From positions 471,264 to 535,263 of the forward strand of contig BPLQ01011166.1 of assembly GCA_021605075.1 (NCBI GenBank): a stretch of 64,000 bases of DNA. Reading direction: 5' to 3'. This document shows, piece by piece, positions 1 through 12,092 of the stretch (its first letter is position 1; every line of letters begins with the position of its first letter). The position numbers and the translations under genes are program-made. This DNA comes from Caerostris darwini (lineage: Eukaryota). Below the pieces are notes generated by a model. It saw nothing but the letters and a program-made list of their open reading frames with translations, did not search any database and had not been told where the DNA came from.

Positions 1-620
1 TTTGTATTCCACATTGCAGGTAACACATTTTGGAACTATGGCCGAGCATTAGTCCCCTCGATAATGGGCGCTGCAAAACTCACAAACAACAGGTTTTTTA
101 CAAATTGTTGTTGTTGTATCCCTCATGGAAGGAGGGAAGAGGGGTGCAGCTTCTGTTCTGATGGAGCACCCGTAGGTAGAAGTCTGACTTCTTCTCCGTA
201 ACGCTCTTACAGTCATAGGAGATTGGGAAACAGACTGGTGCATAGACTTCTCTGTCACATCTGCCAATCTCAAAATCATCAGTGGAAATAATTTATTTGC
301 CCTGTCGTGCGATACGTATATGTAGCGTAGTGTAGTGACTTTGAACGATATATTTTCTTTGGGAATCTTGGGGGGCATTTTGAGTACTTTGAGTTTTTAT
401 TCCAGTACAATAGTGAAAGACCGTGCGTCGTGTTCGAATGTTGTCTGTAAATTTGCGAGAATGTCGCGGGAACAGTAAAATTGATATCAGCATCGGAAGA
501 ATATTCCATTAAATTTGAATTTACAATGTTCATCGCCATAGAAAGTGCGAAAAACACACCTACATAAAATGTAAACTTTCTTGAAACTACATGGATAAAT
601 AAACGAAAACTAACAAGTTG
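1..620 (-). other. GC-richer unassigned block with overlapping minus-strand ORFs (109/114 aa) lacking recognisable homology; possible terminal exon or TE fragment
   Basis: Local GC content is clearly above the AT-rich surroundings. ORFs 49..378 and 279..623 on the minus strand show no conserved motif I can recognise. Confidence 0.15.
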
Positions 621-1376
621 CAATAAAAGTAGAACGTGCTAAAAAATAAATAGATAAATATAGATGACTTACCCAAAAAGAATAGTAAAACAAAAAGAAA
701 TAGACAAAAAAAAAAAAAAAAAAATACAACCAGAATAAAATAAAGTAACCCTACGAGTCACTGATGACTACTAAGTCATCAGTGGCCTCACCAACTACTT
801 TTTAATTTTTAACAATAGGTTAATTCCTGTCTATGATGGAATCTGTCACATACCTCCTCATGAATATTTACATCAGGATGATATTGTAGATTAATACGGA
901 GAGCCTTATTAGCGTATCGACCTCCAGCTTCCTCATTACTAGATGCTGTAACACAGCGGTGGTCGCATGCTCTTTGAGTTAAAAAGAATTAAAAATTAAA
1001 ATTGCCCTTTTTTAATTTAATTATAATTAAATATTTAGCTTTAATTAGAAACAAATTTTTGAAGAAGAATTGAATGAAGATAAATAAATATCTTTAATAA
1101 ATTATAAAGTAAATATAAAATTCTATACACATGTATATTTCTGTTTGAATTTTTAAAACTATGTTTTTCCTCTTACAAAAGTTTTTAATTGCATTTTTTT
1201 TAAAAAATATTTGGAAAACTTTATGTATATATATATAGAGAGAGATTAAAAGCAATGTAATTATTTAACTAGTGCAGGGGTCGACAACCTTTTGAGTCGG
1301 AAGAGCCAAAAATAGCAATTTACAAAATTTCAAAGTTTTAAAGAGCCACAAAAGTTTTTCTTGCCAAAAATAAATA

Positions 1377-2254
1377 ACAGGTGGGCTCAAAATTTCATAG
1401 GCTGACACATAGATGGCGCTAATAGTATTAAATCCATATGAAGTTTAGTTCATAACCTTCAAAAGACACGTGCATAAATTTGATAGCTGTTGCACTATTA
1501 GTATGTGAGTTATAGCATTTTTAATGAAGTTATAGCATTTTTAGTGTTCATCACTTGCAGTCTACTCGGCTGACTGTCGATTTGGCTCCGGTGTGAAATG
1601 ATGGAGCCATGTTTCATCCATTGTCACATATCGACGCAAAAATTCGGGTTTATTACGATTGAACAACTCCAAACACTGCTTAGAATTCTCAATTGGTTGT
1701 TGTTTTGGGTCGATTGTGAGCTCGCGCGGCGCCCACATTGAACAGAGCTTTTGCATATCCAAATATTCATTCACGATTTGTCCAACACGTTCCTTTGATA
1801 ACTTTAGGGTCTCAGCTATCTCAATCAACTTCACTTTACGGTTATCAGAAATTGTTTTGTGGACTTTTTTGATGTTTTCGTCGGTAACAGCCTCTTTGGG
1901 GCGTCCACTGCGTGCATCATCCTCGGTGCTCATTTCGCCTCGTTTAAATTTAGCAAACCACTTCTCTACGGTTGATTTTTCTGGTGCAAAGTCCGAATGA
2001 TGTTTATCAAGCCAAGCCTTGGCTTCAATAGTATTTTTTTCGCCAAAAAGCAATGCTTTATTAACACATGAAATTCCTTTTTATCCATTTTTTCAAACTA
2101 ACTAAAGTTGCTTCACTAAAAATGCTATAACTCACATACTAATAGTGCAACAGCTATCATATTTATACACGTGTCTTTTGAAGGTTAGGACTAACTAAAA
2201 ATCATATGGATTTAATACCAGTAGAGGCCGATTTAATAATACTAGCCCACCTGT
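1377..2254 (-). mobile_element. Internally deleted mariner element (878 bp) nested inside the hAT element; flanked by TA
   Basis: Ends ACAGGTGGGCTC... / ...GAGCCCACCTGT are flanked by TA (1375-1376 and 2255-2256). The terminal sequence resembles the Himar1 ITR start ACAGGTTGGCTG. About 150 bp at each end are inverted duplicates of each other (1377-1530 vs 2110-2254). The element encodes only the N-terminal 163 aa of a mariner transposase. Confidence 0.8.
1562..2053 (-). pseudogene. Truncated mariner transposase (N-terminal HTH DNA-binding region only; catalytic DD34D domain deleted)
   Basis: The 163-aa ORF contains KFKRGEMSTEDDARSGRPKEAVTDENIKKVHKTI...RYVTMDETWLHHFTPE, which is near-identical in pattern to the Hsmar1/Mos1 N-terminus. 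The ORF runs straight into the terminal repeat region. Confidence 0.85.
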
Positions 2255-2489
2255 TAGTACTCGCACAAATAAAGTTTTTTGAAAAAAAAAAAACTAATTT
2301 ATTTATTTATAAGAAAACATATCTATTTATTCATTATTAGATAATTACTTATTATTTAAGTAAAAAATTAAAACAATTAAACGTTTACTTACAACACTGA
2401 CTTGTACTTCAGTAACAAACAATTGAACAAACAAATTCAATGGAAGCGATGGCTTTGCATGGTTATTCAAGTAGAAAATTTAAACTTTA

Positions 2490-3723
2490 CTAAACAATGT
2501 AATTTGTACTTAAAATAAATAAAAAGCAATAACATACATTTGAGCAAACAAATTCAATGGGAGCATTGGCTTTGCATGGTTTTAGAAAGTTTGGTTCATA
2601 ACTTGTTGCTTTAAGTTTCAAACACGCCTCTAAATTTTCATTTGTTAGTTGGCTTCTTACTTTACTTTTAATTATATTCATGCAAGAGAACGCTTGCTCG
2701 CACGAATATGTCGATCCGAAGATAGTCAGCACTCCAAATGCCAACTTCTTCACCTCACTGTAGCAATCTGGAAGACTATTCCATGCGTCGAATATAAGTG
2801 CCTCAACTCGCGGCATTTCTTTTAAAGCTGTCCACTTTTGTTGCGTTACGTACATACATTTCTGGACCTCCAACTTGCTTTGCAACTCTGCAAAATTTTC
2901 CTCTCCACAAAGCTTTACTTTTTAAATCAATCAATTGCATTTCTAGAGATCCAGTATCAATTCCAAATGGCTCAATGTGGATTTCGTTACTATTTGTGTT
3001 GAGATGATTTACTATGAATGCTAGAGTGATTTTGTTGGTTTTGAATTGCTCAAATCTATCATTAATTTTTTTTATAACTGTGCTGAAGTACCTCGTGTCT
3101 ACAGTTGCACTAGTTTTATCACGATATTGCTTTAGAAATTGAAAATGAAGTAATATACCGCTCTGAATATCTTCTGCAAAAAAAATTAATTTTTCTTCAA
3201 AACAAACCAATTCTTCTACCAAAACATAGTCTGGGTTTCCCTTTCCTTTCAGTTTTAGATTCAGCTCATTGAATTTCGCTGTGATATCCACCATAAAGCA
3301 ACCATTTGCCGTTCTCTAACTCAGGGTGATTAATGCCTTTTTTATTTAGGAATGTATTTATTTCATTGAAGCACAAAGCAAAACGCTTCAATACCTTACC
3401 TTTAGAAGAAGGAGGTCGGAATACTGAGTCTTTATTTCGTTTAAGAATTCTTTAAACTGACGATGGTAGAGTGCTTTTGACAAGATGCTGTTAACAATCT
3501 TGATTACCAAATTCATGACCTGAACTATTTCGGCCGGAAATATTTGAGCACAAAGCGCTTCTTGGTGTATTATGCAGTGAAACATAAGAATTTCGTGGTT
3601 TATTTTGCTCTGAAGAATCGTTGTTGCCCCTTTATTTTTTCCTGTCATACTTCTGGCTCCATCAGCTGCTATTGAAACGATTTCATTTAAATCGATCTTA
3701 TTGTCTTCAAGGCATTTTTGCAC
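2490..3723 (-). pseudogene. hAT transposase remnant, frameshifted into 3 ORF pieces (C-terminal hAT dimerisation domain at 2490-2885)
   Basis: ORF pieces 2490..2885, 2803..3294 and 3388..3723 hold motifs IAADGARSMTGKNKG...IHCIIHQEALCAQ and FGSTYSCEQAFSCMNIIKSKVRSQLTNENLEACLKLK (hAT C-terminal domain). Further upstream at 3723-4000 the minus strand reads [38 protein letters not shown], which is typical of GTF2IRD2/Charlie-like hAT transposases. Confidence 0.7.
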
Positions 3724-5406
3724 GGCATTCGCTATATCTTCCCGTCTAGTTTGTCCCGTTAGTGGTCCTAGTTAGTGGTAGCAATCGTAGTTCTTCTTTT
3801 GGACCTTGGGAAAACATATACCTGACAAAAAGGGCAACTTGTACAGTGTCTTTCATGTCGCAAGACTCATCTATAGCCAGTGATAAGGCAGAAGAAAGTT
3901 GAATATCTTCCACCTGCAAATATGTTACATTTTGAAGATATTTTAGCTATTCTATCTTGTACTGTTTTAGTGGATAGTGGCCAATCTTTGATTTTTTTCA
4001 AGATTTCTGGTTTGTTTTTGAAATCACGAAACAGTTCTTCAAATTCCTCGTTAATCGAATCAGAACGATCTTAAAATGTTTTTGTTTTTTTATAAAATGA
4101 ATAATATTTGCGTATGGAACTAAAGAGCCGCAGTTTCACATCCAAAGAGCCGCAGGTTGCCGACCCCTGAACTAGTGAAATCTCAACTAAATTTATTCAA
4201 AAAAAAAAAATTTTTTTTTCCCTAATTATTTCTGATAGTCCAAATTATATGATATAATGTACTGTTTTAAATTGTATCACAAATTTTAAAAACGATTTAT
4301 CTCAGATTTTGAAAAATTTCAAGAAAAACAGGAAAAAAAAAAAAAAAAATTAATTATTTTAAATTCTTTCCAAAATTTCTGATGCATTACATCCATTAGA
4401 ACATTAAAATGGCTTCCTTGAATGAAATTGTATTGAGGAAAACATCTGTTGAACCAGATGAGTCCTTTTTCAATTCTTTCTATTAGCTCACACTCTCCCT
4501 ATATATATCTTGTTCAAATTTTCAATCGTTCATAAAATACTTTTTAATCATTCACTCAAGTTCTAATACATTTTTTTTCAACTTGTAGTGGATGACACTT
4601 GATATTAATACACTTTTTTCAAATATTAATTCAGTCATTAAATTTAATTAATTAATTTTAGTTTTTTTTTTTTTAGATTTAAGTTACATCTATCTACCAA
4701 TAGATGGCACCAGATAGACTTAAAAAAATGAATGAAAATTATTTGTAAAGGTCTTTCTGCAATATAGTTAAAAAAAAGTAGGAATTGACTAGGAATTATG
4801 TTTTTATATTACTTGTTTTAAATTCATCCTAGGACTTACTAAAGATACTCAACAGATCATCAAAAGGACTCATCTTAGGTGGGTTTAGTAACAAAATAGC
4901 ATTTTTATTTTTCCATTTTACAAAATTATTATCTACAAATAACTCTTCTCATTTTTTTTTTAAATCTTCCTCTTCCTGCGATTATACTTCTGCTATTTAA
5001 TTCTATGGTTATGTACTGTTTCTACTTTAGTGAGTCATTTATTTTTAAAGGACCGATTGGTATTTTCTAATGGTGGGTTAAAAATTCTTCATAGAAATTT
5101 TTGTTGCCAGTGTAGAAAAAATTATTCCAGCTTATCATGATAAAACATGAACTTAATAAAAAAAAAAAGATAAGGTTTCCTTCCAATAGTTTGATTTTTT
5201 CTTACGTAACATCTTTTTATCAATGGTTTCACTTAGAAAATAGCTGTATGACACATTATGCTATTAAGTATTAAATATGCATATTATTGCTGAGAGAACA
5301 GACAACTTTCTCTTTGTATTTTACCGTCTTTAAAAAAATGGTCTCTTGGAATATAAAATGTTTTAAAAGCAATTACTTATATGGTATATGTCAAAGCTTG
5401 CATCAA

Positions 5407-5692
5407 TTTTTTTTTTCTTCTAATGCAGCTGGCAAATAGACCGTGATCTTTCGCCATAAGGGCTGCACCGATGTTACTCACTTTGCATTACCCAGGGGGC
5501 GCGTGTCACTTGATGGTAAGCCACGGACGCGGAGTAACAATGCCCCCGCAGAGCTCTACGATCTTGTTAGGGCCGGGACCTACAGCTTAAAGTGGATTCC
5601 GAACCACTACAAACACACCCATGGCAAAGCCGGGATTTGAACCCGATACCTGTGGTACCGAACGCCAGAGCGCTAGCCATTCGGCCCCTGCA
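5407..5692 (-). mobile_element. tRNA-derived SINE copy (subfamily 1), poly(A) tail seen as poly-T at 5407-5416
   Basis: On the minus strand it starts with a tRNA-like head with A box TGGCTAGCGC-like and B box GGTTCAAATCC. The ~280 bp body is shared with copies at 39093, 62966 and 63443. Putative TSD TGCATCA flanks both ends. Confidence 0.75.
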
Positions 5693-8600
5693 TCATAATG
5701 TAATATGTCAAATAATGAATTTTTATTTTAAGAAATAGCTATAATTCTTATCTAGTGATTAAAAAAAAAAATTTTTGAATTATTTTTATACATGCATTTC
5801 AGGTTTTATAGCTTAACATATACGATGGTAGCCTAGATTTTTTTTTTTATTATTTACTATATTGGCAATAAGGGGAAAATAGTCTCATCCTACAATAGTT
5901 TTTTGAACTCTAAATATGTAAATTTTAATACTTCTATATATTTGTAATTTTTAATATTAATTAATAAAATTATTTTTGATATTTTGTAATTTTTAGAGAA
6001 ATTTATTCTTTGTTAATTATATATTTACTTGTATATTTTATCCAGTGTATTTATGAAAGGTAGAATTTATTTTTGTATAATTGCATATTTTTATTAATAA
6101 ATATATATAATTATCTTTTCGAGGAGATCCCCATGGTAAAGAAGCAAATTGAAAATAGAGTGCTAACTCTGAACAAAAAGGACCAATATATGTCTTATCA
6201 CAGTTTTAGCAAATCTACGAGGTTACACGTGAAAATTCTTATTTTTATGCTGTTGAACATGTATTAACAGTAATTGTTTCAAGTTTACAACAAAGAGTTT
6301 AATGAGATAATCTACATTACATACAGGCCACCAATGTAAAAGGCAAATTAATTTAAGTTAAAATATTTATTATTTAAAAGTCACTATGAAGCAGTATACA
6401 TTAAATGTTCTCTGGAATAGAAATGACATAGCCGAAATTCTTAGATGTATCTTTGCAATCTGATAATTCATCAGCAGTAGTTCTATGTTCAAGTTGAGGA
6501 ATAAATAGCACATGGAATTGCAAATTCCACGAGGCTTATGCTCTAGAACCCTCACAGTACCAAAAATCATGCCTATTAACTTTAGATTCAAAAACATGCA
6601 CATGCATTACCTATAAATAATACTTAATAATTAAAGTATGAGGAATTTTATAACCTAACATTTTTGTTTATACTTTTTCTATTGCTAAATTAATTTATTT
6701 TTCTAACAAATGAAGGTTATAAATATACGAAGTCCATGTGTCTAGAATAGAAAATACTCATTTATTTACCATAAGATAGTGATTTCATCTAACAATTATT
6801 TGGATACCTTATTGCTCTTCCATCTACAAACATAATTGATTAGTTCACTTTATTATCGATTCAGAATTATTTAAGCATAACTTACCACACATCACTTAAT
6901 ATTAAAAAAAAATTTAAAACACTTAAATGTTTATTTATATATAATAGTTGCATATTTTTTAAATATACCTACTAATGAGAAATTATAACTTGATAAGCCC
7001 CCATTTTCAATAATTTAATATCTGTATAATGAATAATGAACAAAATTAATAGTCTTAGTTAAATAATTTTCTTAAAAGGTATTTAAGTTAAAAAAAAATC
7101 AACCTAGCTGTTCTTTACCTTTTTACACTTCATTAGGTATTTACTATAAAATATCAATAGAAAAAAAAAATAGATAGAATTAAGGGACATGGTGAGAATT
7201 TGTAAAATCATAAAGTTTAATTTAATTAAAAATATTCTACAAATAATTTTGTTGGTAGAAACATTAATGTATATCATAAAAATTTATTACAGTAAAATTA
7301 TCATAAACTAGTAGTAAATTTTGATTTACAAGAAATATGTCCCACAGTATGAAAGGATCAACTATCATATTGAATTACATTTATAGAATGCAATCTTGAT
7401 ATAACGTTAACATAACTTGATTATAATAAACAGCAAGCTTTTTGTTTGAACGAATTTAATACTGGTTAAAAAAAACCATAAATGTAAAGGATATTTTACT
7501 TTTGATAAAACTGCTCAAAAAATTTTATTTCATAATAAAGTTGTTTTTTACACTTAAGTTTTCCTACAAGTTTGTTTATATCATTTTGAATCAGTCGTGT
7601 TAAACACAAAACAAAAACTATAGCTGTTTAAAATCGTGCAATTAAATAATTTCAATTTATTAAATAGATTATAGTAAAATACTATGTTATCACCTTCTCT
7701 TCCATAGAAAAAAAATATCAAACAGATAGCAATACAAAACTACTCCCCCTAGTCAGTTTTGTCTATATTCCTTGTCAGTGAGATCAATACTACAACTATA
7801 TATTTAATGTACTACACAGCAAATGTTCTTAAATTTTGATGACATATTTAATCATTTATATAAGTGTGCTTTAATACAATTTGTACATTTTAATCATTCC
7901 ATTTCTATCTAGAATGCTTTTATTTTTGAAATTTCTTAAAACTACATCAATATTTGATAATCTGATATTGTCATGGTCTTGAACATGATTTAAGAGGTTA
8001 CTGTAACAAAAAAATTATTCCAGGTCTTTGTATTTTAAGAGGCTAAACACAACATGCCCCATCTATACAAACAAGCCTTTTTTGCAAATCAGGTTGATTT
8101 ACCTCATCCATGTCTGTAGCAAAATATAAAAATGTTGGAAGTACTATATTTAAATACTATTTTGATTTGAATTATATCAGAAAAATTTAAGTAAAACTAC
8201 TCCACTGATGTATTCAGAAATATATATAAATTTTATGAAGCATCACACTCAAATATAACATGTAATTTTCAAGAAATACATTTTTTTGTACGTAAAAAAA
8301 AATGTTATGGAAAAATAAGAATTTCTTTAGATTAAATGGTTATTATTTATTATAGGAATTTAACAGATATATAATATAAAAAAAAAAAGTTATTCCTTCC
8401 TAATAAACCTACCGCTTCTCTTTGTCTTTCCAGCAAAAATATAAAATTTATTAAGAAAATCCATCTTGATTTACTAGATATTTTAACAATTTATTTTACA
8501 GATAGAAAAATGAAAGAATTGAACCAGTGAAATTTTCATGACAAAATCCCTATGGTGTTTCATTAAAATTTCAATACTGTTATCAAGAGTAACCTCAAAT

Positions 8601-9104
8601 TCTTATTAAAAAAGTAAATACATTATGTTATACACAGATGAATGAAAAACAGAATTTTTATATCCAATTTTTCTTTTGAAAAATTTAAGGACTCTCCAGC
8701 TTAATTACATGTCAATAAAATGGTTAACATGTTCTCATAAATACAGAAATTTAAAATAATGGATAAGTTGATTTAAATCAGTAACAATTAAATATTATTT
8801 TTTTTATAAAATTGATCCATTTTTACAATACTAATTTAGATAACTATTTCCATTCATCAAATTTATTGTATAATTTAAACATTCCAAGATTAAATTTTTA
8901 ATAAATCTTTTTTCCCCCTTCCCTTAAGTTTTTGAACCAGTTCATAGTAATATATTTATTAAGTTAAAAATTGATTTCATTCCTATTAATTTAGGAAATT
9001 TTTTTTATGAAATGTTCTTATACCATTTCTGCCAAGAACTTGAAATAATCCTTTAAATAGTAATAAAATGGACACATTAATAGTATATTGGAAAATAGGA
9101 AACT

Positions 9105-9144
9105 GCGCATGCGTATCTGAAATGTTTCCTATGAGCATGCGCGC
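9105..9144. promoter_or_regulatory. Two GCGCATGCGC-type palindromic motifs (NRF-1/ewg-like consensus) 26 bp apart in a local GC-rich island
   Basis: CTGCGCATGCGT at 9103-9114 and AGCATGCGCGCT at 9134-9145 read directly from the sequence. The surrounding DNA is otherwise AT-rich. Confidence 0.3.
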
Positions 9145-9225
9145 TAGGGAGAAAAAGCTAACGGACGTCCTATGGTAACTAACATACGGTATGCAAAAAC
9201 TCTCTAATGTAAGCTTTTTAAGAAC

Positions 9226-9470
9226 GAATTCCGGTACTTGCGTATTAACTGTACCTTGGCGGTTTTTAAGTGTCGCCAATCTTTATTATTTGGAATAAAA
9301 ATATTTTGAAAGCGTTTTGATTTTAAATAAAGTGTTTCATAAATATTTTATTATTTGGAACAAAAATTTTAAGTGAAGATTGCCGCCAAATCTGTAGCTG
9401 CGGTTGGTGCGTGTGCTCTTTATTGGCACAACTGTCGCCAAGCTACCGTTAATACGTAAATCCCGAATTC
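9226..9470. repeat. Foldback / MITE-like palindromic element (~245 bp) with GAATTC-ended inverted arms
   Basis: Left arm 9226-9300 (GAATTCCGGTACTTGCGTATTAACTGTACCTTGGCG...) is the reverse complement of right arm 9400-9470 (...CGCCAAGCTACCGTTAATACGTAAATCCCGAATTC). An internal direct repeat TTATTATTTGGAA(T/C)AAAAAT is also present. Confidence 0.5.
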
Positions 9471-9594
9471 CTATATATCATTAAAAGGGTTTTTCTTAAA
9501 AACTCTTAATAACAATAAATTATAAATAAAATTAAAGAAGCGACATTTAAGAATTTTTTTTAAATTTTATTAAAGTTCATACAGATTGATCCAT

Positions 9595-9609
9595 TTATAT
9601 AATTCCAAT
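9595..9609 (-). CDS. RPL23A: Ribosomal protein L23a (uL23), exon 5 (IGII + stop)
   Basis: The acceptor cag precedes ATTGGAATTATATAA. AATAAA polyadenylation signal ~30 nt downstream on the minus strand (plus-strand TTTATT ~9563). Confidence 0.8.
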   Translation of the reverse strand: MGII

Positions 9610-9788
9610 CTGTAAAGAAAAAGAAAACAGAATTAATATATTAATAAACCAGTAATAGAATCTAGTAATATAATTCTCTAAAAATAAATGATTAAACTTA
9701 AATGTACATGCTGTATGGCTTGTCATAATATTATTTAATTTGTTTCTTACGACAGTAGTTAAAACTTAACTAATAGAATACAACTTAC

Positions 9789-9858
9789 CTTGTTAGCTAC
9801 ATCCAATGCATCATAGTCTGCAGCTAAACGTACATAAGCCTTTTTCTGTCCATCGGGT
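9789..9858 (-). CDS. RPL23A: Ribosomal protein L23a, exon 4 (R)[23 protein letters not shown]
   Basis: Near-identical to the conserved uL23 C-terminus. Acceptor ttttttgacag and donor gtaagt. Confidence 0.85.
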
Positions 9859-10672
9859 CTGTCAAAAAATAAATTTAATTAGATAAGGTAAAATCAACTA
9901 CGTTTTCAAGTAACTTCAAAATGATCTTTTACCATTTAAATAAATTTGTGCAGTTTCAGAAAATTCACAAGTAACGACCCAACAAACAATTTTAAAAGGT
10001 CACTACATATTTATACAATGACACTGCAGCTTGATAATATACTAGTTTCAATAAAAAAAGAATATTGTATATGTAAAATTAGAGGTGGCCAAAATATTCA
10101 CATCATATGAATTAACAATATCAAATAAACTTAGCTTAGAATTAAGCAATAAAAATTGTAATCTAGTTAAAACTTTTTCCAATTACATCGAAAGGAACTG
10201 AAAAATGGATGTTTTTTCTATTTAAATAGTTTGTTAATTATAATTAAATCTCTAACTATATAAGAAACATTAAAGTTTTTCGCTTAATACAAATTATATC
10301 CAACAAATAAAATCCCTATTTCAACATAATAAATGAAGTTATAAAAAGCACATATTTTAAAGTAAAATTCAGGTTTCTCACTAATCAATATTTTTTATTA
10401 GTCAAAGCTAGATTCAAGATTATGAAACAAATTCTGTAGACCAAATTAATCAGATAACATTATCTAAGTGACATTTTATTACATAAGGGCAGTTATCCAT
10501 ATCTGATCATTGGACTTACAAACTTAAGTAAAAAAACTTTCGATAACACAAGTTATGCCAAATTTCCAGATCCTTAAAATTTCTAAACTACTAATAAAGA
10601 ATTATATTTTGTGATAACTTTTTCAAATTCACACAATATAATAAAAATGACAAGTAAACATGAAATTCTTAC

Positions 10673-10849
10673 CTAATTAAGGTATTGACTTTCTGGACAT
10701 CAATGTTGTAAAGTTTTTTAACTGCATATCTAATTTGAGGTTTATTTGCCCTTTTGTGTACAATAAAAACTAAGGTGTTATTATCTTCAATTTTCTTCAT
10801 AGCCGACTCAGTTGTAAGAGGATGCTTAATTGTAGACCATTGATCAAAT
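10673..10849 (-). CDS. RPL23A: Ribosomal protein L23a, exon 3 (R)[58 protein letters not shown](R)
   Basis: Essentially identical to the uL23 core (human ...[60 protein letters not shown]). Donor gtaaga. Confidence 0.9.
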
Positions 10850-11000
10850 CTGAAAAAAAAATATATATTTTTTTTTAAATAAAATTATCCCACAAAGATC
10901 CTGTAATTACTTAAAACTGGCTGATAAGAATATTAGCATAGTCAAGCATTTATTAAATAAATTAAATCATATACTCTAATTAATGTTATTAGATATTTAC

Positions 11001-11352
11001 CGAGGTCTCTTAGGACAACTTTTCCTGGGATATTTGGGATTTCGCTTCAATGACAGAGTGGTAGGTCTTCTAAACTGAACAGTTGTTCTAATTTTCCTGA
11101 CCCTGGTTCCATGAGCTCCTTTAACTACTCTCTTCTTTGCAGCTAAAGCCTTTGCTTTAGCAGGACCACTCTTACCCTTTTGTTTAGGAGCAACTTTTTC
11201 AGGCTTCTCAGCTTTAGCTGGTGAAGCAGCCTTGGGTGCTGCAGGGGGTACATTCTCTTTCTTGGCTTCCTTGGGCTTCTCAGCTTTAGTTGCTTTAGCA
11301 GGAGCAGCTGCAGCTGTCGCTGGTGGTGGAGATGAAGGTGCAGCACCTTTAG
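11001..11352 (-). CDS. RPL23A: Ribosomal protein L23a, exon 2: Ala/Pro/Lys-rich N-terminal extension followed by [39 protein letters not shown](R)
   Basis: Matches minus-strand ORF 10997..11368. The conserved uL23 segment [27 protein letters not shown] is recognisable. Donor gtaaat. Confidence 0.85.
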
Positions 11353-12055
11353 CTATTAAAATAAGCATTTATGATTAAACATTTAAAATTAACATTTTAA
11401 AAGCTGTTGCATAATTTTTTTAAGACAACTGAGCATTTTTAGAGCAAGGGTGATTAATAAAAAATAATCCGATATTTAAATTCTTAAAAGGTAAAAGAAA
11501 TAAAAAATTAATATTTTTAAGTAATAAATTGTTATTTAACCGAAAATCTAAACACATGTATAAAATATTTTTTTTAAAAATATATCAAATTGAATATAAT
11601 AGTGATGTGATTAGCTCGACCTGAGTTTAAAATATCTAATCGTAAAAAAACAGACAATTTCACTTCAAAATAATTTTCTTAGCAATAACTTATTAAAGGT
11701 ACATGAACTTAAGTTTAATGAGGTAGCATAAATATGTTCAACAAATATGCGTTCAAAATTGAAAAAGAAAAAAGTAGGCTTAAGTTTCTACAAGCATGCA
11801 TCATTTACTACTAAACAGATAACACAAATATATCAATGAAATGGAATATGAATATAGAAATAATACCACAAGTACAAAGATTTAAGAGTTATATCCCAAA
11901 AAGTATGCAAATTAATACACGAGAACATAAAAAAACGTCAACATATGAAGCCGCCATATCAGACATGAGGAATGAAGAATTCCAACATTTAATATATCTA
12001 CATAAAATATAATCTTATTTGATTTTATACACAAATACAATATAAAATTAATTAC

Positions 12056-12092
12056 CTTTATCAGAAGCTCCTTTCTTTGACTTTGGACCCAT
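12056..12092 (-). CDS. RPL23A: Ribosomal protein L23a, exon 1 (MGPKSKKGASDK + 1 nt)
   Basis: ATG at 12092..12090 is followed by GGTCCAAAGTCAAAGAAAGGAGCTTCTGATAAAG|gtaattaa. Phase 1 joins exon 2 to give ...[10 protein letters not shown]. Confidence 0.7.

Larger units (their letters stand above)
1275..4169 (-). mobile_element. Degenerate hAT-superfamily DNA transposon (~2.9 kb)
   Basis: Terminal inverted repeats CAGGGGTCGACAACC (1275-) and GGTTGCCGACCCCTG (-4169) match 14 of 15. Perfect 8-bp direct target-site duplication AACTAGTG at 1267-1274 and 4170-4177 (8 bp is the hAT hallmark). Internal minus-strand ORFs carry hAT transposase motifs. Subterminal inverted repeats of ~100 bp are also present. 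Confidence 0.8.

Noticed and set aside
740-790. 11-bp stem hairpin CACTGATGACT...AGTCATCAGTG next to an A18 run (704-721)
   Set aside because: Too short and isolated to assign as a TE terminus or regulatory element. It may be part of the unassigned 1-1266 block.
1659-2000. Plus-strand 113-aa ORF
   Set aside because: Antisense shadow of the mariner transposase ORF (1562..2053 minus).
5443-5640. ORFs of 60-95 aa inside SINE copies (5443..5640, 62884..63165, 63140..63328, 63537..63758)
   Set aside because: The same spurious reading frames recur in every SINE copy in both orientations. They have no coding signature.
5640-5700. tRNA-like sequences (here and at 39320-39394, 62966-63040, 63670-63744) that could be called tRNA genes
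   Set aside because: Each is the head of a ~290-bp SINE with a shared non-tRNA body, a poly(A) tail and target-site duplications. The acceptor-stem ends do not pair into a proper cloverleaf. They are SINE heads, not tRNA genes.
11143-11346. Minus-strand 67-aa Leu/Gln/Lys-rich ORF
   Set aside because: Alternative frame of the RPL23A Ala/Pro/Lys-rich exon 2. The uL23 frame is the conserved one.
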